64,000 bases of DNA, from assembly GCF_054482525.1 (NCBI RefSeq), contig NZ_CM137006.1. One strand, 5' to 3'. The translations under genes were made by a program, and so were the position numbers. The notes under the pieces were generated by a model that did not search any database, was not told where the DNA came from, and saw nothing but the letters and a program-made list of their open reading frames with translations. Of the stretch, positions 42,401-53,737 are shown in pieces (position 1 is the first letter of the stretch; each line of letters starts with the position of its first letter).

Positions 42401-44116
42401 TTACTTCAGCGGCGAACGGTTACGATCAATGCCGTAGCGTTCGATCTCTTTATACGGCACGGTTTTTGACTGGCGCTTGCGCACATCAACCAGCGTCACA
42501 CGGTCGGTACAGGAGTAGCAGGGATCAAGGCTACCGATAATTAGCGGTGCGTCAGAAACGGTATTGCCGCGCAGCATGTAACGCAGCACTGGCCAGTTGG
42601 CGTAGGTGGCGGCACGACAGCGCCAGCGGAACAATTTTTGGTTATCACCGAGCATGCTCCAGTGCACGTCTTCACCGCGTGGCGCTTCAACAAAGCCCAG
42701 CGCGAATGCGTGAGGTTTATAGCTAAAGCCTTCGGTCAGCAGTGGGGTATCCGGCATGTTGTCGAGAGCAAATTCCAGCATTGCCAGCGAATCAAACGTC
42801 TCTTTGACACGGACCATCACGCGGGAGAAGACATCGCCGCCGGTAAAGGTAAACAGCGTTTTGGGAATATTGCCGTAGTCGGCGTAGGGGTGATCAAAGC
42901 GCAAATCACGGGCAAAACCACTGCCGCGGATCAGCGGCCCTACGGGGCTATAATCACGGGCGATTTGTCGGTCGAGAATGCCAATGCCCTGAGTGCGTTG
43001 TTCCATATTCGGCGTGGCAAGCAGCATCTCTACCAGCTCCGACACGTCGGCGCGCATCTCGCGCACCAGTTTCAGCGTTTGCAGACGTTGCTCTTTGAGA
43101 ATATCGCGGCGAACACCACCAATCAGATTCAGACCGTAGGTTTTACGCGACCCGGTCAGCAATTCCGCCATCGTCATCGACTTTTCCCGCACGCGGAAAA
43201 ATTGCATAAAGCCGGTATCAAATCCAACAAAATGGCAGGAGAGGCCAAGGTTGAGCAAATGACTGTGCAGACGTTCGACTTCCAGCAGAATCGAGCGAAT
43301 AGTATGCGCTCGTTGCGGCACCTCAATCCCCAGTGCATTTTCAACCGAGTTGGTATAGGCCACACTGTGGGCAAAACCGCAAATCCCACACACGCGGTCG
43401 GATAAGAAGGTCACTTCGTTGTAGCCCATCCGCGTTTCTGCCAGTTTCTCCATGCCGCGATGGACATAAAACAGGCGGTAATCAGCATCGACAATTTGCT
43501 CGCCATCCACAAACAAGCGGAAGTGACCTGGTTCATCGGAGGTGATATGCAGCGGACCGACAGGGATCACCCGCGCATCGCTGTTGCCCTCGTTGATAAA
43601 CGGATACGTTTCGGTATCAGTCGTCGGTTCAGGGCGCAGTCGATAATCCATCGCGTCTTTGCGCAGCGGATGCATATCTTCCGGCCAGTCATCGGGCAAC
43701 ACCAGGCGACGCTGATCCGGCAGGCCAACCGGAATCAGCCCGTACATATCGCGAATTTCTCGCTCGCCCCAGACCGCGGCAGGGACGCGCGGTGTGACTG
43801 ACGGAAACTCCCGACTGTCGGCATCGACCAGAGCCTTCACCACGATCCAGCATTTTTCGGCCCCTTCCATAGAAAGGGCATAATAAACCGCGTAATGACC
43901 GTTAAGTGTCCGCTCGTCGTTGCCAAACAGGACTGGAAGCCAGCCATCATGTTGATAATAAAGATAATGTACAACGTCAGGCAGCAGATTGATTTTCACC
44001 GTAATGGTGACCTGTTCAGGCGTTTGTCGCTCTTCATCCAGCACCGCGCCGGGGAACTGCGTTTTCAGGGCGGCGAGAATCGCTTCGCCACGATTTGACG
44101 ATGAATTAACGTTCAC
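42401..44116 (-). CDS. hyfG: Hydrogenase-4 large subunit
   Basis: Track ORF extends to 44161; start chosen at GTG 44116 preceded by GGAG. C-terminal DPCYSCTDR motif. Confidence 0.85.
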   Translation of the reverse strand: MNVNSSSNRGEAILAALKTQFPGAVLDEERQTPEQVTITVKINLLPDVVHYLYYQHDGWLPVLFGNDERTLNGHYAVYYALSMEGAEKCWIVVKALVDADSREFPSVTPRVPAAVWGEREIRDMYGLIPVGLPDQRRLVLPDDWPEDMHPLRKDAMDYRLRPEPTTDTETYPFINEGNSDARVIPVGPLHITSDEPGHFRLFVDGEQIVDADYRLFYVHRGMEKLAETRMGYNEVTFLSDRVCGICGFAHSVAYTNSVENALGIEVPQRAHTIRSILLEVERLHSHLLNLGLSCHFVGFDTGFMQFFRVREKSMTMAELLTGSRKTYGLNLIGGVRRDILKEQRLQTLKLVREMRADVSELVEMLLATPNMEQRTQGIGILDRQIARDYSPVGPLIRGSGFARDLRFDHPYADYGNIPKTLFTFTGGDVFSRVMVRVKETFDSLAMLEFALDNMPDTPLLTEGFSYKPHAFALGFVEAPRGEDVHWSMLGDNQKLFRWRCRAATYANWPVLRYMLRGNTVSDAPLIIGSLDPCYSCTDRVTLVDVRKRQSKTVPYKEIERYGIDRNRSPLK

Positions 44117-45686
44117 TGTGTTTCTCCGAAACAGATGCGGTGCCTGAAGGCAAAAAATCATGCCAGGTGCTACGTTGTGCAGGCAGGTCGTGCGTCCCTG
44201 AGAGGACTATAGTGGAAGCGCCTGCCAGGATCCTGATGACAGGTTGTGGAATATGCGTTCCCATCGCCAGCATCATGACCAGCAGAATCACCATTGGCGA
44301 GGTGGTCAACCAGCCAAGTTCACCCCGGTTAACGGCCTGCGGCGGTTTCGCCATTAACACCCGCGCAGCCATCCGTACCAGGCCCGCCAGCACCAGCGTT
44401 AACAGCAATAACAGCAGGACGATAAGCAGCAGATGATTACGCGCCAGTCCGGCGGTAACGGTCATAAATTCGCTAAGAAAAATGTTGAAGGGCGGCATCC
44501 CGGCCAGCGCCAGCGCACCGCCGCCAAACAACACGGCGGTAAATGGCATGATTTTAAGCATTCCGCAGACGACGTTGAGATCGCGCGTGCCGTACTTGAG
44601 CAGTACATTGCCGGAACCGCAAAACAGCAGCGTTTTTGCCAGACTGTGGTTTAAGGTGTGCAGCAGAGCAGCAAAAATTCCCAGCGGCCCGCCAATGCCT
44701 AGCGCCACCGCGACCAGTCCCATGTTCTCCACGCTGGAGTACGCCAGCAGACGCTTAATGTCCCGCTGTACCAGAATGAAAAATGCCGCCACGGCAACCG
44801 ACAACATGCCGAAGATGAGCAACAACCGGTTGGGGAAATCGCTGCCGATGGCCTGGCAAATAATGATGTAATAGCGAATCAGCACCAACAGCGCGCAGTT
44901 CAGCAATACGGCGGAGAGCAGGGCGCTGACCGGACTCGGCGCTTCACTGTGAGCATCTGGCAGCCAGGCGTGCATGGGGAATAGCCCGGTTTTAGTGCCA
45001 AAGCCAATTAGCACAAACACAAAGGCCAACAGCATTAATGTTGGGTCAAGCAAGGACGATTGCTTAAGAACCTCGCTCCAGAATATCGCCATTTCTGCCT
45101 GCGGCATAACGCTGGCGGCGTTGGCGTATACCAGCACGGTACCGAACAGACCAAAAGCGACACCAACAGTACAAATAATGATGTACTTCCATGCAGCTTC
45201 CAGCGATGAACGCTGACCGTAAATGCCTACCAGAAACGCCGAGCTTAAGGTGGTGGCTTCGATTGCCGCCCACATCACAATCAGGTTATTGCTGGTAACA
45301 ACCAGCAGCATGGTGAACAAAAACAGATGGAAGAAACCGTAGTAATCGCACAGCGTAACGGGTGAAAGCTCGCCGTGTGCCACTTCATGACGCATGTAGC
45401 CAATCGAGTAAACACCGGTGAGAAAGCCAATCACACCAAGAATGGCGAGGAACAAACCGCCCAGACCATCAATATGAAGCCACAGTCCCGCAGCGAATAT
45501 TTCTCCTGCATCAGCGGCAGTTTGGACCACCCAGAGTGCCAGAATCAGCAGCAGTGTGATCCCTAAGCTATGTAATACAGTCACCGTACAAGTCGCAGAG
45601 AGCCCCCGTTTCCGGCAGGCAAAACAGAGCAGCGAAAAAAGCAGCGGCGTGAGCAGGAGTAAAGCGAACATCACAGAATAACTCAT
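44106..45686 (-). CDS. hyfF: Hydrogenase-4 membrane subunit F
   Basis: 526 aa polytopic antiporter-like protein. Confidence 0.9.
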   Translation of the reverse strand: MSYSVMFALLLLTPLLFSLLCFACRKRGLSATCTVTVLHSLGITLLLILALWVVQTAADAGEIFAAGLWLHIDGLGGLFLAILGVIGFLTGVYSIGYMRHEVAHGELSPVTLCDYYGFFHLFLFTMLLVVTSNNLIVMWAAIEATTLSSAFLVGIYGQRSSLEAAWKYIIICTVGVAFGLFGTVLVYANAASVMPQAEMAIFWSEVLKQSSLLDPTLMLLAFVFVLIGFGTKTGLFPMHAWLPDAHSEAPSPVSALLSAVLLNCALLVLIRYYIIICQAIGSDFPNRLLLIFGMLSVAVAAFFILVQRDIKRLLAYSSVENMGLVAVALGIGGPLGIFAALLHTLNHSLAKTLLFCGSGNVLLKYGTRDLNVVCGMLKIMPFTAVLFGGGALALAGMPPFNIFLSEFMTVTAGLARNHLLLIVLLLLLLTLVLAGLVRMAARVLMAKPPQAVNRGELGWLTTSPMVILLVMMLAMGTHIPQPVIRILAGASTIVLSGTHDLPAQRSTWHDFLPSGTASVSEKHSER

Positions 45687-45690
45687 CTCA

Positions 45691-46341
45691 TTATCCCTTC
45701 AGCGCGGTCAAGTTGTTCACGTCCAGCGTGCCGTGGGTACGCCATATTTTTCTTGCCAGTAACACCATCACAATGACGGCGAAGATGGCGTCGGTAGCGA
45801 TACCAATTTCCACCAGTTCCGGTGCCCGCCAGGCAAGAAGCGCCAGCACCAGATGGGAGCCGTTTTCCATCAGGCAGTAACCAAAAATTTGCCGCAGGAT
45901 ATTGCGCTGGCTGACAATGCATAGCAGGCCAAGCAGAAAATGACCTAACGCTACCGCCAGCGCCGGTTTCAGCCCGGTAGCCATCGGTAGCTTCACGGGC
46001 TGAACGACAAATGCGCAAAGCAGGACAATTAACGCCGCGAGCAGTGTCATCATTGCCGGACCGAATAACGCTTTTTCCGGGATGTTCTGGGGAATATTTC
46101 GTGCAGCGTAAGTCATGATTAACGGTACCAGCAGCACTTTGGTGATAAAGGCGCTGGCGGACCAGAACAGCAGTTGCTCTGCGGCGAACAGGCACGAGAG
46201 AGTGGCGAAAATAGACACCAGCACCAGCGACTGGCAGGCGTAAAATCCGCATGACAGGCGATAGCTTTTGACGCTAATCACAAACAGCGATGTCAGCATC
46301 ATCAGTCCCGCCAGATTATTTACGATCATAGAACCGGTCAT
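45691..46341 (-). CDS. hyfE: Hydrogenase-4 membrane subunit E
   Basis: 216 aa. Confidence 0.9.
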   Translation of the reverse strand: MTGSMIVNNLAGLMMLTSLFVISVKSYRLSCGFYACQSLVLVSIFATLSCLFAAEQLLFWSASAFITKVLLVPLIMTYAARNIPQNIPEKALFGPAMMTLLAALIVLLCAFVVQPVKLPMATGLKPALAVALGHFLLGLLCIVSQRNILRQIFGYCLMENGSHLVLALLAWRAPELVEIGIATDAIFAVIVMVLLARKIWRTHGTLDVNNLTALKG

Positions 46342-46352
46342 TCATCATCTCC

Positions 46353-47792
46353 TTACTGCAACCAGGTCGCGGCGATTACGCTGGAAATCAGCGACATCAC
46401 AATCAGTACAATCAACACCAGGCGCATTGATCCTGGCAGCGGTGCGGCATCGGCGACGGCCTCGCTCGGTTTGCCAGGCACGACGCGACCAAACCAGCGA
46501 ATAAACCAGGCGAAACTGGCGACCGATTCAATCATCAGCAGAATCATGGCGGGCAACAGGATCCAGTACTCCACTGACAACGAAAAACCGGCAGCAAACA
46601 GTGGGAATTTACTGAAGAAGCCGTTGAACGGCGGCACACCAGTAATCGCCAGCGCGGCTACGCAGAAACCCACGCCTGGCAACGGCAGGGTGTGCAATAC
46701 GCCACGCAGACGCGGCAACAAGCGCGTGCCGCAGCTGTAACTCAGCGCACCTGCTACAAGGAAAAACAGGCTTTTAGCGAACGCGTGGTTGACGATGTAG
46801 GCGATGCTGCCCTCCAGTGCCAGCCGCGAGCCGAAGATGGAGAGCGACAAGCCGAAGAACATCCAGCCAAGTTGAGTGATGGTCGACCAGGCCAGCAACC
46901 GCTTCATATCCTGCTGCGGCAAATACATCAGGAAGCCGTAAAGAATGGTGACCAGTGCCATGACCATGCCAACGCCGCCAATCACATGCGGGATATTGCC
47001 GCCGTCGATAATGGCGCGGGCAAAAATGTAAACGCCCACTTTCACCATCGATGCGGCGTGGAGATAGGCGCTGATCGGTGTTGGCGCTTCCATTGCATCC
47101 GGTAGCCACGCTTGCATCGGTAGCTGGGCTGATTTCCCCCACGCGGCAAACAGGATGCCGCCATAAACCAGATAGCGTGCGTCGCCGTGTAACTCGCTCA
47201 TCGCGCTGAGCGCAAACGTTCCGGTCTGCAAAAACAGCGTGGCGGCGGCAAGATACAACCCCAACGAACCGATATGAGTGATAAGCAACGCTTTTAGTGC
47301 TGAACGCTGCGCTTTATCGCTCTGGTAATAACTGATCAACGCCCAGGAGCAGCCGCCCGTAATTTCAAAAAACAACAACTGACCGAGCAGCGTCGAGGAG
47401 AGTACCAGTCCCGCCATCGCGCCGATAAACACCAGCAAAAATGCGTAATAACGATTCGTGCCGTTATGCGGGTGTTCGCGATTTTTATCCGTCAGATAAC
47501 CCGTGGAGTAGATCGTGACCAGCAAACCGAGGAACACCACCACAAACAGAATCAGCGTACTCACGCGATCAATGACCAGGTCAAACAACGCCACATCCCC
47601 CACGTTGACCAACGTCAACGTGACGGCAACTTTATCGGCCTGATAAAACGCGGAGATCAGCGACAACATGCACAGCGTGGTCAGCGCGGCGAACAAAATC
47701 CCCCATTCGGCGGCCCGACGTTGTGGCGAAAACGAAACGACCAGTGCGCCGATAAAAGGCAGCATTAACGTCGTCAGAGCAAGATTTTCCAT
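46353..47792 (-). CDS. hyfD: Hydrogenase-4 membrane subunit D
   Basis: 479 aa. Confidence 0.9.
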   Translation of the reverse strand: MENLALTTLMLPFIGALVVSFSPQRRAAEWGILFAALTTLCMLSLISAFYQADKVAVTLTLVNVGDVALFDLVIDRVSTLILFVVVFLGLLVTIYSTGYLTDKNREHPHNGTNRYYAFLLVFIGAMAGLVLSSTLLGQLLFFEITGGCSWALISYYQSDKAQRSALKALLITHIGSLGLYLAAATLFLQTGTFALSAMSELHGDARYLVYGGILFAAWGKSAQLPMQAWLPDAMEAPTPISAYLHAASMVKVGVYIFARAIIDGGNIPHVIGGVGMVMALVTILYGFLMYLPQQDMKRLLAWSTITQLGWMFFGLSLSIFGSRLALEGSIAYIVNHAFAKSLFFLVAGALSYSCGTRLLPRLRGVLHTLPLPGVGFCVAALAITGVPPFNGFFSKFPLFAAGFSLSVEYWILLPAMILLMIESVASFAWFIRWFGRVVPGKPSEAVADAAPLPGSMRLVLIVLIVMSLISSVIAATWLQ

Positions 47793-47808
47793 ATTCCGTC
47801 AGTGCTCC

Positions 47809-48756
47809 TTACAGACCGGTTAACCAGAAGACCCAGGCAAGCGCAGCAAGGCTGAAGCCAAGCCAGGTCACATGGTGAATGAGTAAAAATCGCCCGCGTG
47901 CCAGCGTGTTTTCTGCGATTGAGGCCAGTACAAAAATCAGCAAAACCTTGAGCAGCGTAACGACAAGTGAAGTCAGCAGGCAGGCGAGAGAAAGTTCTTG
48001 CGCGCGCCCAAAGGGCAGAAACAGGGCCACAAACAGTGCTGCCATCACGACCTGTTTCAGCCCCAGCCCCCATTTCGCCAACGCCAGCCCGGCACCGGAA
48101 TATTCGGTCAGCGGGCCTTCTTGTAATTCCTGTTCTGCTTCAGCAACATCAAAGGGAATTTTTCCCATCTCAATGAAGCAGGCAAAACCACAGGCCAGTA
48201 ACGCCAGTACGGTGGTTAGCGGCGAGTTCCAGCCCGTCGCCAGCGTATTGCTGATCATCTCGATATGCGTGGAACCCGCTATCAGCGCCAATACCAGCAG
48301 TGAGAGAAGGAGCATGGGTTCGACCAGAATGCCGAGCGTCAACTCGCGACTGGCACCGACTCCCGCAAACGGGCTTCCGGTATCCAGCCCGGAAAGAGCA
48401 AAGAAAAAACGAAACAGGGCAAGAAGATAGATAAGGGTGATCAGATCGCCGCCGCCCGCAAAAGGGGAAACAGTAATAAATAGTGGCAGGGCCATCGCCA
48501 GCACCAGCATGCTGCTGATTAATACCCACGGCATCAGGCGGAACATCAGACCTGAAGATGTCGGCGCAACTTCCTGGCGTTTAAACAGTTTGTGGATATC
48601 GCGATAATCCTGCCAGATCCCCGGTCCGCGACGGGAGTGCATACGCGCGCGTATCTGCCGGGAAATCCCCGTAAAAAGCGGGGTTAGCGCCAGCAGAATC
48701 ACGGCCTGTGCTAACGCAAAAATGATCAGATATCCGTCGCAAAGAGTTTGTCTCAT
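47809..48756 (-). CDS. hyfC: Hydrogenase-4 membrane subunit C
   Basis: Track ORF to 48777; K-12 start MRQTLCDGY at 48756 (315 aa). Confidence 0.9.
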   Translation of the reverse strand: MRQTLCDGYLIIFALAQAVILLALTPLFTGISRQIRARMHSRRGPGIWQDYRDIHKLFKRQEVAPTSSGLMFRLMPWVLISSMLVLAMALPLFITVSPFAGGGDLITLIYLLALFRFFFALSGLDTGSPFAGVGASRELTLGILVEPMLLLSLLVLALIAGSTHIEMISNTLATGWNSPLTTVLALLACGFACFIEMGKIPFDVAEAEQELQEGPLTEYSGAGLALAKWGLGLKQVVMAALFVALFLPFGRAQELSLACLLTSLVVTLLKVLLIFVLASIAENTLARGRFLLIHHVTWLGFSLAALAWVFWLTGL

Positions 48757-48766
48757 GGTGATTTCC

Positions 48767-50785
48767 TTAGACGGCAATAGCGATTAGCAGCACAACCAGT
48801 GCGGCGACCACATACAGGCAATAGAGACGAAAGTCGCCGCTTTGCAGATGCTGTATTTCTTTGGCCAGCCGTTGGGTGGCGCTCACGATGGGGCGGATCA
48901 CCCGCTCATCCCAGAAGGGTTCTGTGCTCTGAGCCCTGGCGGTGACATGCGCAAGACCTTTGTTCAGCCTCAGCGTAGGGTCGAGCTGTTGTCGTAGACG
49001 AAATAGCGCACAAAAGACCACACGCAGCGGCTGCATCACGCCATTGCCTGACGGGGCCATCGCATTTTCCCAGCCGTAGCCGCATGCCCAGGCATCTCCT
49101 GTGCGACGAAACGCTGCGCGGCGCGAACGACACCACAGCCAGTAAAGGCCAGGCAGCAAAGGCATCGCCAGTAGTAACAGCAACAGTAATGAGGGAGTGA
49201 CCCGTGTATGAAACGTGCCGGGTACAAGTGCTATTCCGCTGGCGACAGTGACGGGAGGGGTATCGGTAAACGCATGGGCAATATGCATTATCTTCGGTGC
49301 CAGCCAACTGGCACTAAGCGCAATGAATACGCAGAGTGCCGCGAGCAGTAGCATGGCGACGATCATCGTATTTGGCACTTCCTGTGCCTCTTCAGCGTGT
49401 GTACTGCGCGGCGCTCCACAGAAAGTAATACCGTACATTTTGACGAAGCACATTACTGCCAGCCCACCAGTGACTGCCAGCATCACCATAGCAATAGGAC
49501 CCGCAAGTTGTAGCGCTACGGCTTCCACACGACTTAGTGAGAACAGCGACTGCCAGGTGTACCATTCGCTGATAAAACCATTCAGCGGAGGAATGGCTGA
49601 TATCGCGAGGCAACCAATCAGGCATGCTGCGGCTGTCCACGGCATACGTTTCGCCAGTGCCCCCATTTTTTCCATGTCGTGGGTATGCAAACGCGAAATA
49701 ATCGCACCCGCGCCGAGAAACAGCAGCCCTTTGAACAGCGCATGGTTGAGCAGATGAAACAGCGCGCCGAGCAGTCCAACAACGGTGAGCAGCGGGTCGT
49801 GCAGTGACAGACCGACCATCGCCACACCGACCGCCAGCAAAATAATGCCGACGTTTTCGACGGTACTCCAGGCCAGCAGCCGTTTGATATCCTGTTCCGC
49901 CAGCGCATACAGCACGCCCAGGAGCGCGGAGATTGCGCCGATCGCCATCACCAGAATGCCCCACCACAGCGGCAAACCCGTTTGCGCCAGCAGGTCCATC
50001 GCTACTTTCAGGATGCCGAAAATACCGATTTTGACCATTACGCCAGACATCAACGCCGAAGCGTGCGATGGTGCTGCAGGGTGAGCGCGTGGCAACCAGC
50101 TGTGCAACGGCATCATCCCGGCTTTCGCGCCAAAACCGAAGAAGGCCAGCAGGAACACCGCCGACGCCAGCCCCGGAGAAAGTGAAAGCGTGCGGAAACT
50201 GGCAAAATCGAGGCTGCCGCTTTCGCGCCCCATCAGCAAGAAGGCGATCATTATCAGCACCGATCCGGCGTGGGCGATAAAAAAGTAGAGCATGCCAGCG
50301 TTGATCGACGTTTTATCCTGCCTGGCAATGACCAGAAACCAGGAAGACAGCGACATCATTTCAAACAGCACGATGAACCAAAAAGCGTTGTCCATCACCA
50401 GCAGGGCAACCATCGATGCGATGAAAAGATTCATAAAGAAGCCCATCGCCGCCGCGCCTTTGCCCTCGTATTCGCGCATATAAGTCAATGAATAGAGAGA
50501 ACAAACCACCACCAGCAAGGAGATAACCAGCACCATAAATGCCGATAGGCTATCCATTCGTAGGGTTAAATCGGCAAAGTCAAAAGGCGTGGCAAAACGG
50601 GCGACTAAAGTTACGCCTGCATGTAATTGCGTAATTCCGCTGATGATGCCAATCACGCCACCCACCAGCGATGTGATGCCGGAAAGCTTAATAGCCAGTC
50701 TGTCCAGACCGAGTAAAAACAGCGAAACCAGACTGGCAAACAGATAGAGGATCAGCGACCAGGTTAATAATTGCAGGGCATCCAT
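48767..50785 (-). CDS. hyfB: Hydrogenase-4 membrane subunit B
   Basis: 672 aa. Confidence 0.9.
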   Translation of the reverse strand: MDALQLLTWSLILYLFASLVSLFLLGLDRLAIKLSGITSLVGGVIGIISGITQLHAGVTLVARFATPFDFADLTLRMDSLSAFMVLVISLLVVVCSLYSLTYMREYEGKGAAAMGFFMNLFIASMVALLVMDNAFWFIVLFEMMSLSSWFLVIARQDKTSINAGMLYFFIAHAGSVLIMIAFLLMGRESGSLDFASFRTLSLSPGLASAVFLLAFFGFGAKAGMMPLHSWLPRAHPAAPSHASALMSGVMVKIGIFGILKVAMDLLAQTGLPLWWGILVMAIGAISALLGVLYALAEQDIKRLLAWSTVENVGIILLAVGVAMVGLSLHDPLLTVVGLLGALFHLLNHALFKGLLFLGAGAIISRLHTHDMEKMGALAKRMPWTAAACLIGCLAISAIPPLNGFISEWYTWQSLFSLSRVEAVALQLAGPIAMVMLAVTGGLAVMCFVKMYGITFCGAPRSTHAEEAQEVPNTMIVAMLLLAALCVFIALSASWLAPKIMHIAHAFTDTPPVTVASGIALVPGTFHTRVTPSLLLLLLLAMPLLPGLYWLWCRSRRAAFRRTGDAWACGYGWENAMAPSGNGVMQPLRVVFCALFRLRQQLDPTLRLNKGLAHVTARAQSTEPFWDERVIRPIVSATQRLAKEIQHLQSGDFRLYCLYVVAALVVLLIAIAV

Positions 50786-51402
50786 TAGCGTTGCTCCTGA
50801 GTGAGGGAAAGGGGATCCTCCCCGCCATTGGCAAACCAGCTTGCGGCAAGGCGCTGTTTTTCTTTCATCTGACGTTGCAGGCTATCGTCGGTGATCAGCC
50901 GTAACGCCTGATTCGGGCAAGCGCGAACGCAGGCCGGACCTTCTGGCAAGAAATCACACAGGTCGCATTTCACCGCGACGGTCTGGACACCCGGTTCCCA
51001 GCGCAGCAAAGCATGTTGGGTCGGCGCGTTTACTTCTCCGTCTTTGAGTGAGCCCTCAGCCTGAAAAACATATTGCGCAGGGGCATTCACCGGACGGCTT
51101 CCTGAAGCGCTGATTGCGCCAAATGGGCAGACCACGGCACAAAGCTTGCAGCCTATACAGAGGCTTTCGTTGAGTTGGATCGCATCATCCCTCTGGGACA
51201 TGGCATTGACCGGGCAGACCTGCAGGCAAGGGGCTTCCTCACAGTGATGACACACGACAGGGGCAGTGAGTGTTGACGTCTTCGCCAGGGCCAGGCGCGG
51301 GTGTTGCTGTAAACCTTGCGTTTTATGCACGTCCGAACAGGCAGCGAGACAGGTATTACATCCTGTACACCACAGTGGTTCGGCCACCACAAAGCGGTTC
51401 AT
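50785..51402 (-). CDS. hyfA: Hydrogenase-4 ferredoxin subunit A
   Basis: Track ORF to 51441; K-12 start MNRFVVAEPLWCTGC at 51402 (205 aa). Confidence 0.9.
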   Translation of the reverse strand: MNRFVVAEPLWCTGCNTCLAACSDVHKTQGLQQHPRLALAKTSTLTAPVVCHHCEEAPCLQVCPVNAMSQRDDAIQLNESLCIGCKLCAVVCPFGAISASGSRPVNAPAQYVFQAEGSLKDGEVNAPTQHALLRWEPGVQTVAVKCDLCDFLPEGPACVRACPNQALRLITDDSLQRQMKEKQRLAASWFANGGEDPLSLTQEQR

Positions 51403-51442
51403 GTCGGCTCCTTGAAAATGATATGAAACATTGCATTTCATA

Positions 51443-51460
51443 TTGCATAAAGGATGCCAG
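51443..51460 (-). promoter_or_regulatory. Candidate sigma54 (-24/-12) promoter of the hyf operon
   Basis: Minus strand reads CTGGCATcctttATGCAA, close to TGGCAC-N5-TTGCA; ~40 nt upstream of hyfA start; HyfR is a sigma54 activator. Confidence 0.45.
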
Positions 51461-51654
51461 TCTGATTAATTTAATATATTCAATAAGTTATGTGTTAACT
51501 GGATTCTGAATGGTACAAAAATGATGGTCATTAACGTTCAGCAAAAAATGAATTCGACACCCGTGTCGCAGGGGAAAGCGAGAATGTGATCTTGATCACG
51601 AGAAGTGAGGTGTGCTGACCGCAAGCGCAGCCAGCACGGAATGGAGCAAAGTAA

Positions 51655-52125
51655 TCAGGCGTGTTCTTTCAGCCAGTTCAGCACAACGTCGTGGTGATTG
51701 CTGGTTTTGAAATCGTCAAAGACATGTTCGATTTTGCCATCAGCGTCAATCAGGAAGCTGATGCGATGAATACCATCGTAGGTTTTGCCCATGAAGGACT
51801 TTTCACCCCAGACGCCGAATTGTTCGCACACCTGGTGGTCCTCATCAGACAGGAGCGTAAAGTTAAGCAGCTCTTTTTCCGCAAAACGGGAGAGTTTTTC
51901 GGGTTTATCGGTGCTGATACCCAGCACATCAACGCCCGCTTTTTTCAACTCATCCATGTTATCGCGTAAGCCGCAGGCCTGTACGGTACAGCCGGGGGTC
52001 ATGGCTTTCGGGTAGAAATAAACCAGAACACGCTGTCCCTGGAAGTCGGTCAAATTAACTTGTTCTCCGTCTTGATCCGGCAAGCTAAATTTCGGTGCGA
52101 TATCACCGGCTTTCAGTGGATTCAT
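51655..52125 (-). CDS. bcp: Thiol peroxidase Bcp
   Basis: 156 aa, catalytic Cys region, synteny. Confidence 0.95.
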   Translation of the reverse strand: MNPLKAGDIAPKFSLPDQDGEQVNLTDFQGQRVLVYFYPKAMTPGCTVQACGLRDNMDELKKAGVDVLGISTDKPEKLSRFAEKELLNFTLLSDEDHQVCEQFGVWGEKSFMGKTYDGIHRISFLIDADGKIEHVFDDFKTSNHHDVVLNWLKEHA

Positions 52126-52697
52126 TACTTAACTCCATCCTGTTCATCATGTTGGGAATAATTGACGACGTTAATACTGCCTTGTGCATTGAGTTCTGTA
52201 CATAGGGCTTTGAATGCTTGCTCAATATTTGCTGCGTCCGCAGATGCGGGGCTGTGGGCGGTTATCTGAATATGCAACTGCGCAGCCCGTTCATTTTCAG
52301 CAGGTTGCGTGCGCGACACCAGCTCCGCAATGTTCATATGATGCGCGTCGAAAAGTGCTGTGAAGCGTTCAATTAAATGCGGGGAGTCTGCCACATCGAC
52401 CTGAACCCAGACAGATGCTGGCATTGGCGGACGCGGACGCGCCGTCGTGCGCTTCATCACGATTAAAAGATCCAGTTCTGCACCTTTCAACGGTAACGTT
52501 GATTCAATCAGAGTAATGGCATTCCATGAACCGGAAAGCAGCATGATAAACGTGAACTCTTCTCCCAGCATCGCCAGGCGACTGTCTTCAATATTACAGC
52601 CGCAACTACTGACATGACGGGTGATGGTGTTCACAATTCCAGGGCGATCGGCACCCAACGCAGTGATCACCAGATAATGTTGCGATGACAGTGTCAA
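52125..52697 (-). CDS. gcvR: Glycine cleavage system regulator GcvR
   Basis: Track ORF to 52763; K-12 190-aa protein corresponds to the in-frame TTG at 52697. Confidence 0.9.
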   Translation of the reverse strand: MTLSSQHYLVITALGADRPGIVNTITRHVSSCGCNIEDSRLAMLGEEFTFIMLLSGSWNAITLIESTLPLKGAELDLLIVMKRTTARPRPPMPASVWVQVDVADSPHLIERFTALFDAHHMNIAELVSRTQPAENERAAQLHIQITAHSPASADAANIEQAFKALCTELNAQGSINVVNYSQHDEQDGVK

Positions 52698-52842
52698 ACT
52701 GGTTATTCCTTTAAGGGATGAGTTGTTCTTAAGGAAAGCATAAAAAAAACATGCATACAACAATCAGAACGGTTCTGTCTGCTTGCTTTTAATGCCATAC
52801 CAAACGTACCATTGAGACACTTGTTTGCACAGAGGATGGCCC

Positions 52843-53721
52843 ATGTTCACGGGAAGTATTGTCGCGATTGTTACTCCGATGGATGAAAAAGGTAATGTCT
52901 GTCGGGCTAGCTTGAAAAAACTGATTGATTATCATGTCGCCAGCGGTACTTCGGCGATCGTTTCTGTTGGCACCACTGGCGAGTCCGCTACCTTAAATCA
53001 TGACGAACATGCTGATGTGGTGATGATGACGCTGGAGCTGGCTGACGGGCGCATTCCGGTGATTGCCGGGACTGGTGCTAACGCTACTGCGGAAGCCATT
53101 AGCCTGACGCAGCGCTTCAATGACAGTGGTATCGTCGGCTGCCTGACGGTAACCCCTTACTACAATCGTCCGTCGCAAGAAGGTTTGTATCAGCATTTCA
53201 AAGCCATCGCTGAACATACTGACCTGCCGCAAATTCTGTATAATGTGCCGTCCCGTACTGGCTGCGATCTGCTCCCGGAAACGGTGGGCCGTCTGGCGAA
53301 AGTAAAAAATATTATCGGAATCAAAGAGGCAACAGGGAACTTAACGCGTGTAAACCAGATCAAAGAGCTGGTTTCAGATGATTTTGTTCTGCTGAGCGGC
53401 GATGATGCGAGCGCGCTGGACTTCATGCAATTAGGCGGTCATGGGGTTATTTCCGTTACGGCTAACGTCGCAGCGCGTGATATGGCCCAGATGTGCAAAC
53501 TGGCAGCAGAAGGGCATTTTGCCGAGGCACGCGTTATTAATCAGCGTCTGATGCCATTACACAACAAACTATTTGTCGAACCCAATCCAATCCCGGTGAA
53601 ATGGGCATGTAAGGAACTGGGTCTTGTGGCGACCGATACGCTGCGCCTGCCAATGACACCAATCACCGACAGTGGTCGTGAGACGGTCAGAGCGGCGCTT
53701 AAGCATGCCGGTTTGCTGTAA
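52843..53721 (+). CDS. dapA: 4-hydroxy-tetrahydrodipicolinate synthase
   Basis: Track ORF from 52825; K-12 start [13 protein letters not shown] at 52843 (292 aa). Confidence 0.95.
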   Translation: MFTGSIVAIVTPMDEKGNVCRASLKKLIDYHVASGTSAIVSVGTTGESATLNHDEHADVVMMTLELADGRIPVIAGTGANATAEAISLTQRFNDSGIVGCLTVTPYYNRPSQEGLYQHFKAIAEHTDLPQILYNVPSRTGCDLLPETVGRLAKVKNIIGIKEATGNLTRVNQIKELVSDDFVLLSGDDASALDFMQLGGHGVISVTANVAARDMAQMCKLAAEGHFAEARVINQRLMPLHNKLFVEPNPIPVKWACKELGLVATDTLRLPMTPITDSGRETVRAALKHAGLL

Positions 53722-53737
53722 AGTTTAGGGAGATTTG

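Noticed and set aside
42401-44161. 586-aa form of hyfG and 218-aa form of hyfA from the longest ORFs
   Set aside because: Internal starts with Shine-Dalgarno support (hyfG GTG at 44116) or matching the K-12 N-terminus (hyfA at 51402) are more plausible; the longer forms overlap upstream gene or promoter sequence.
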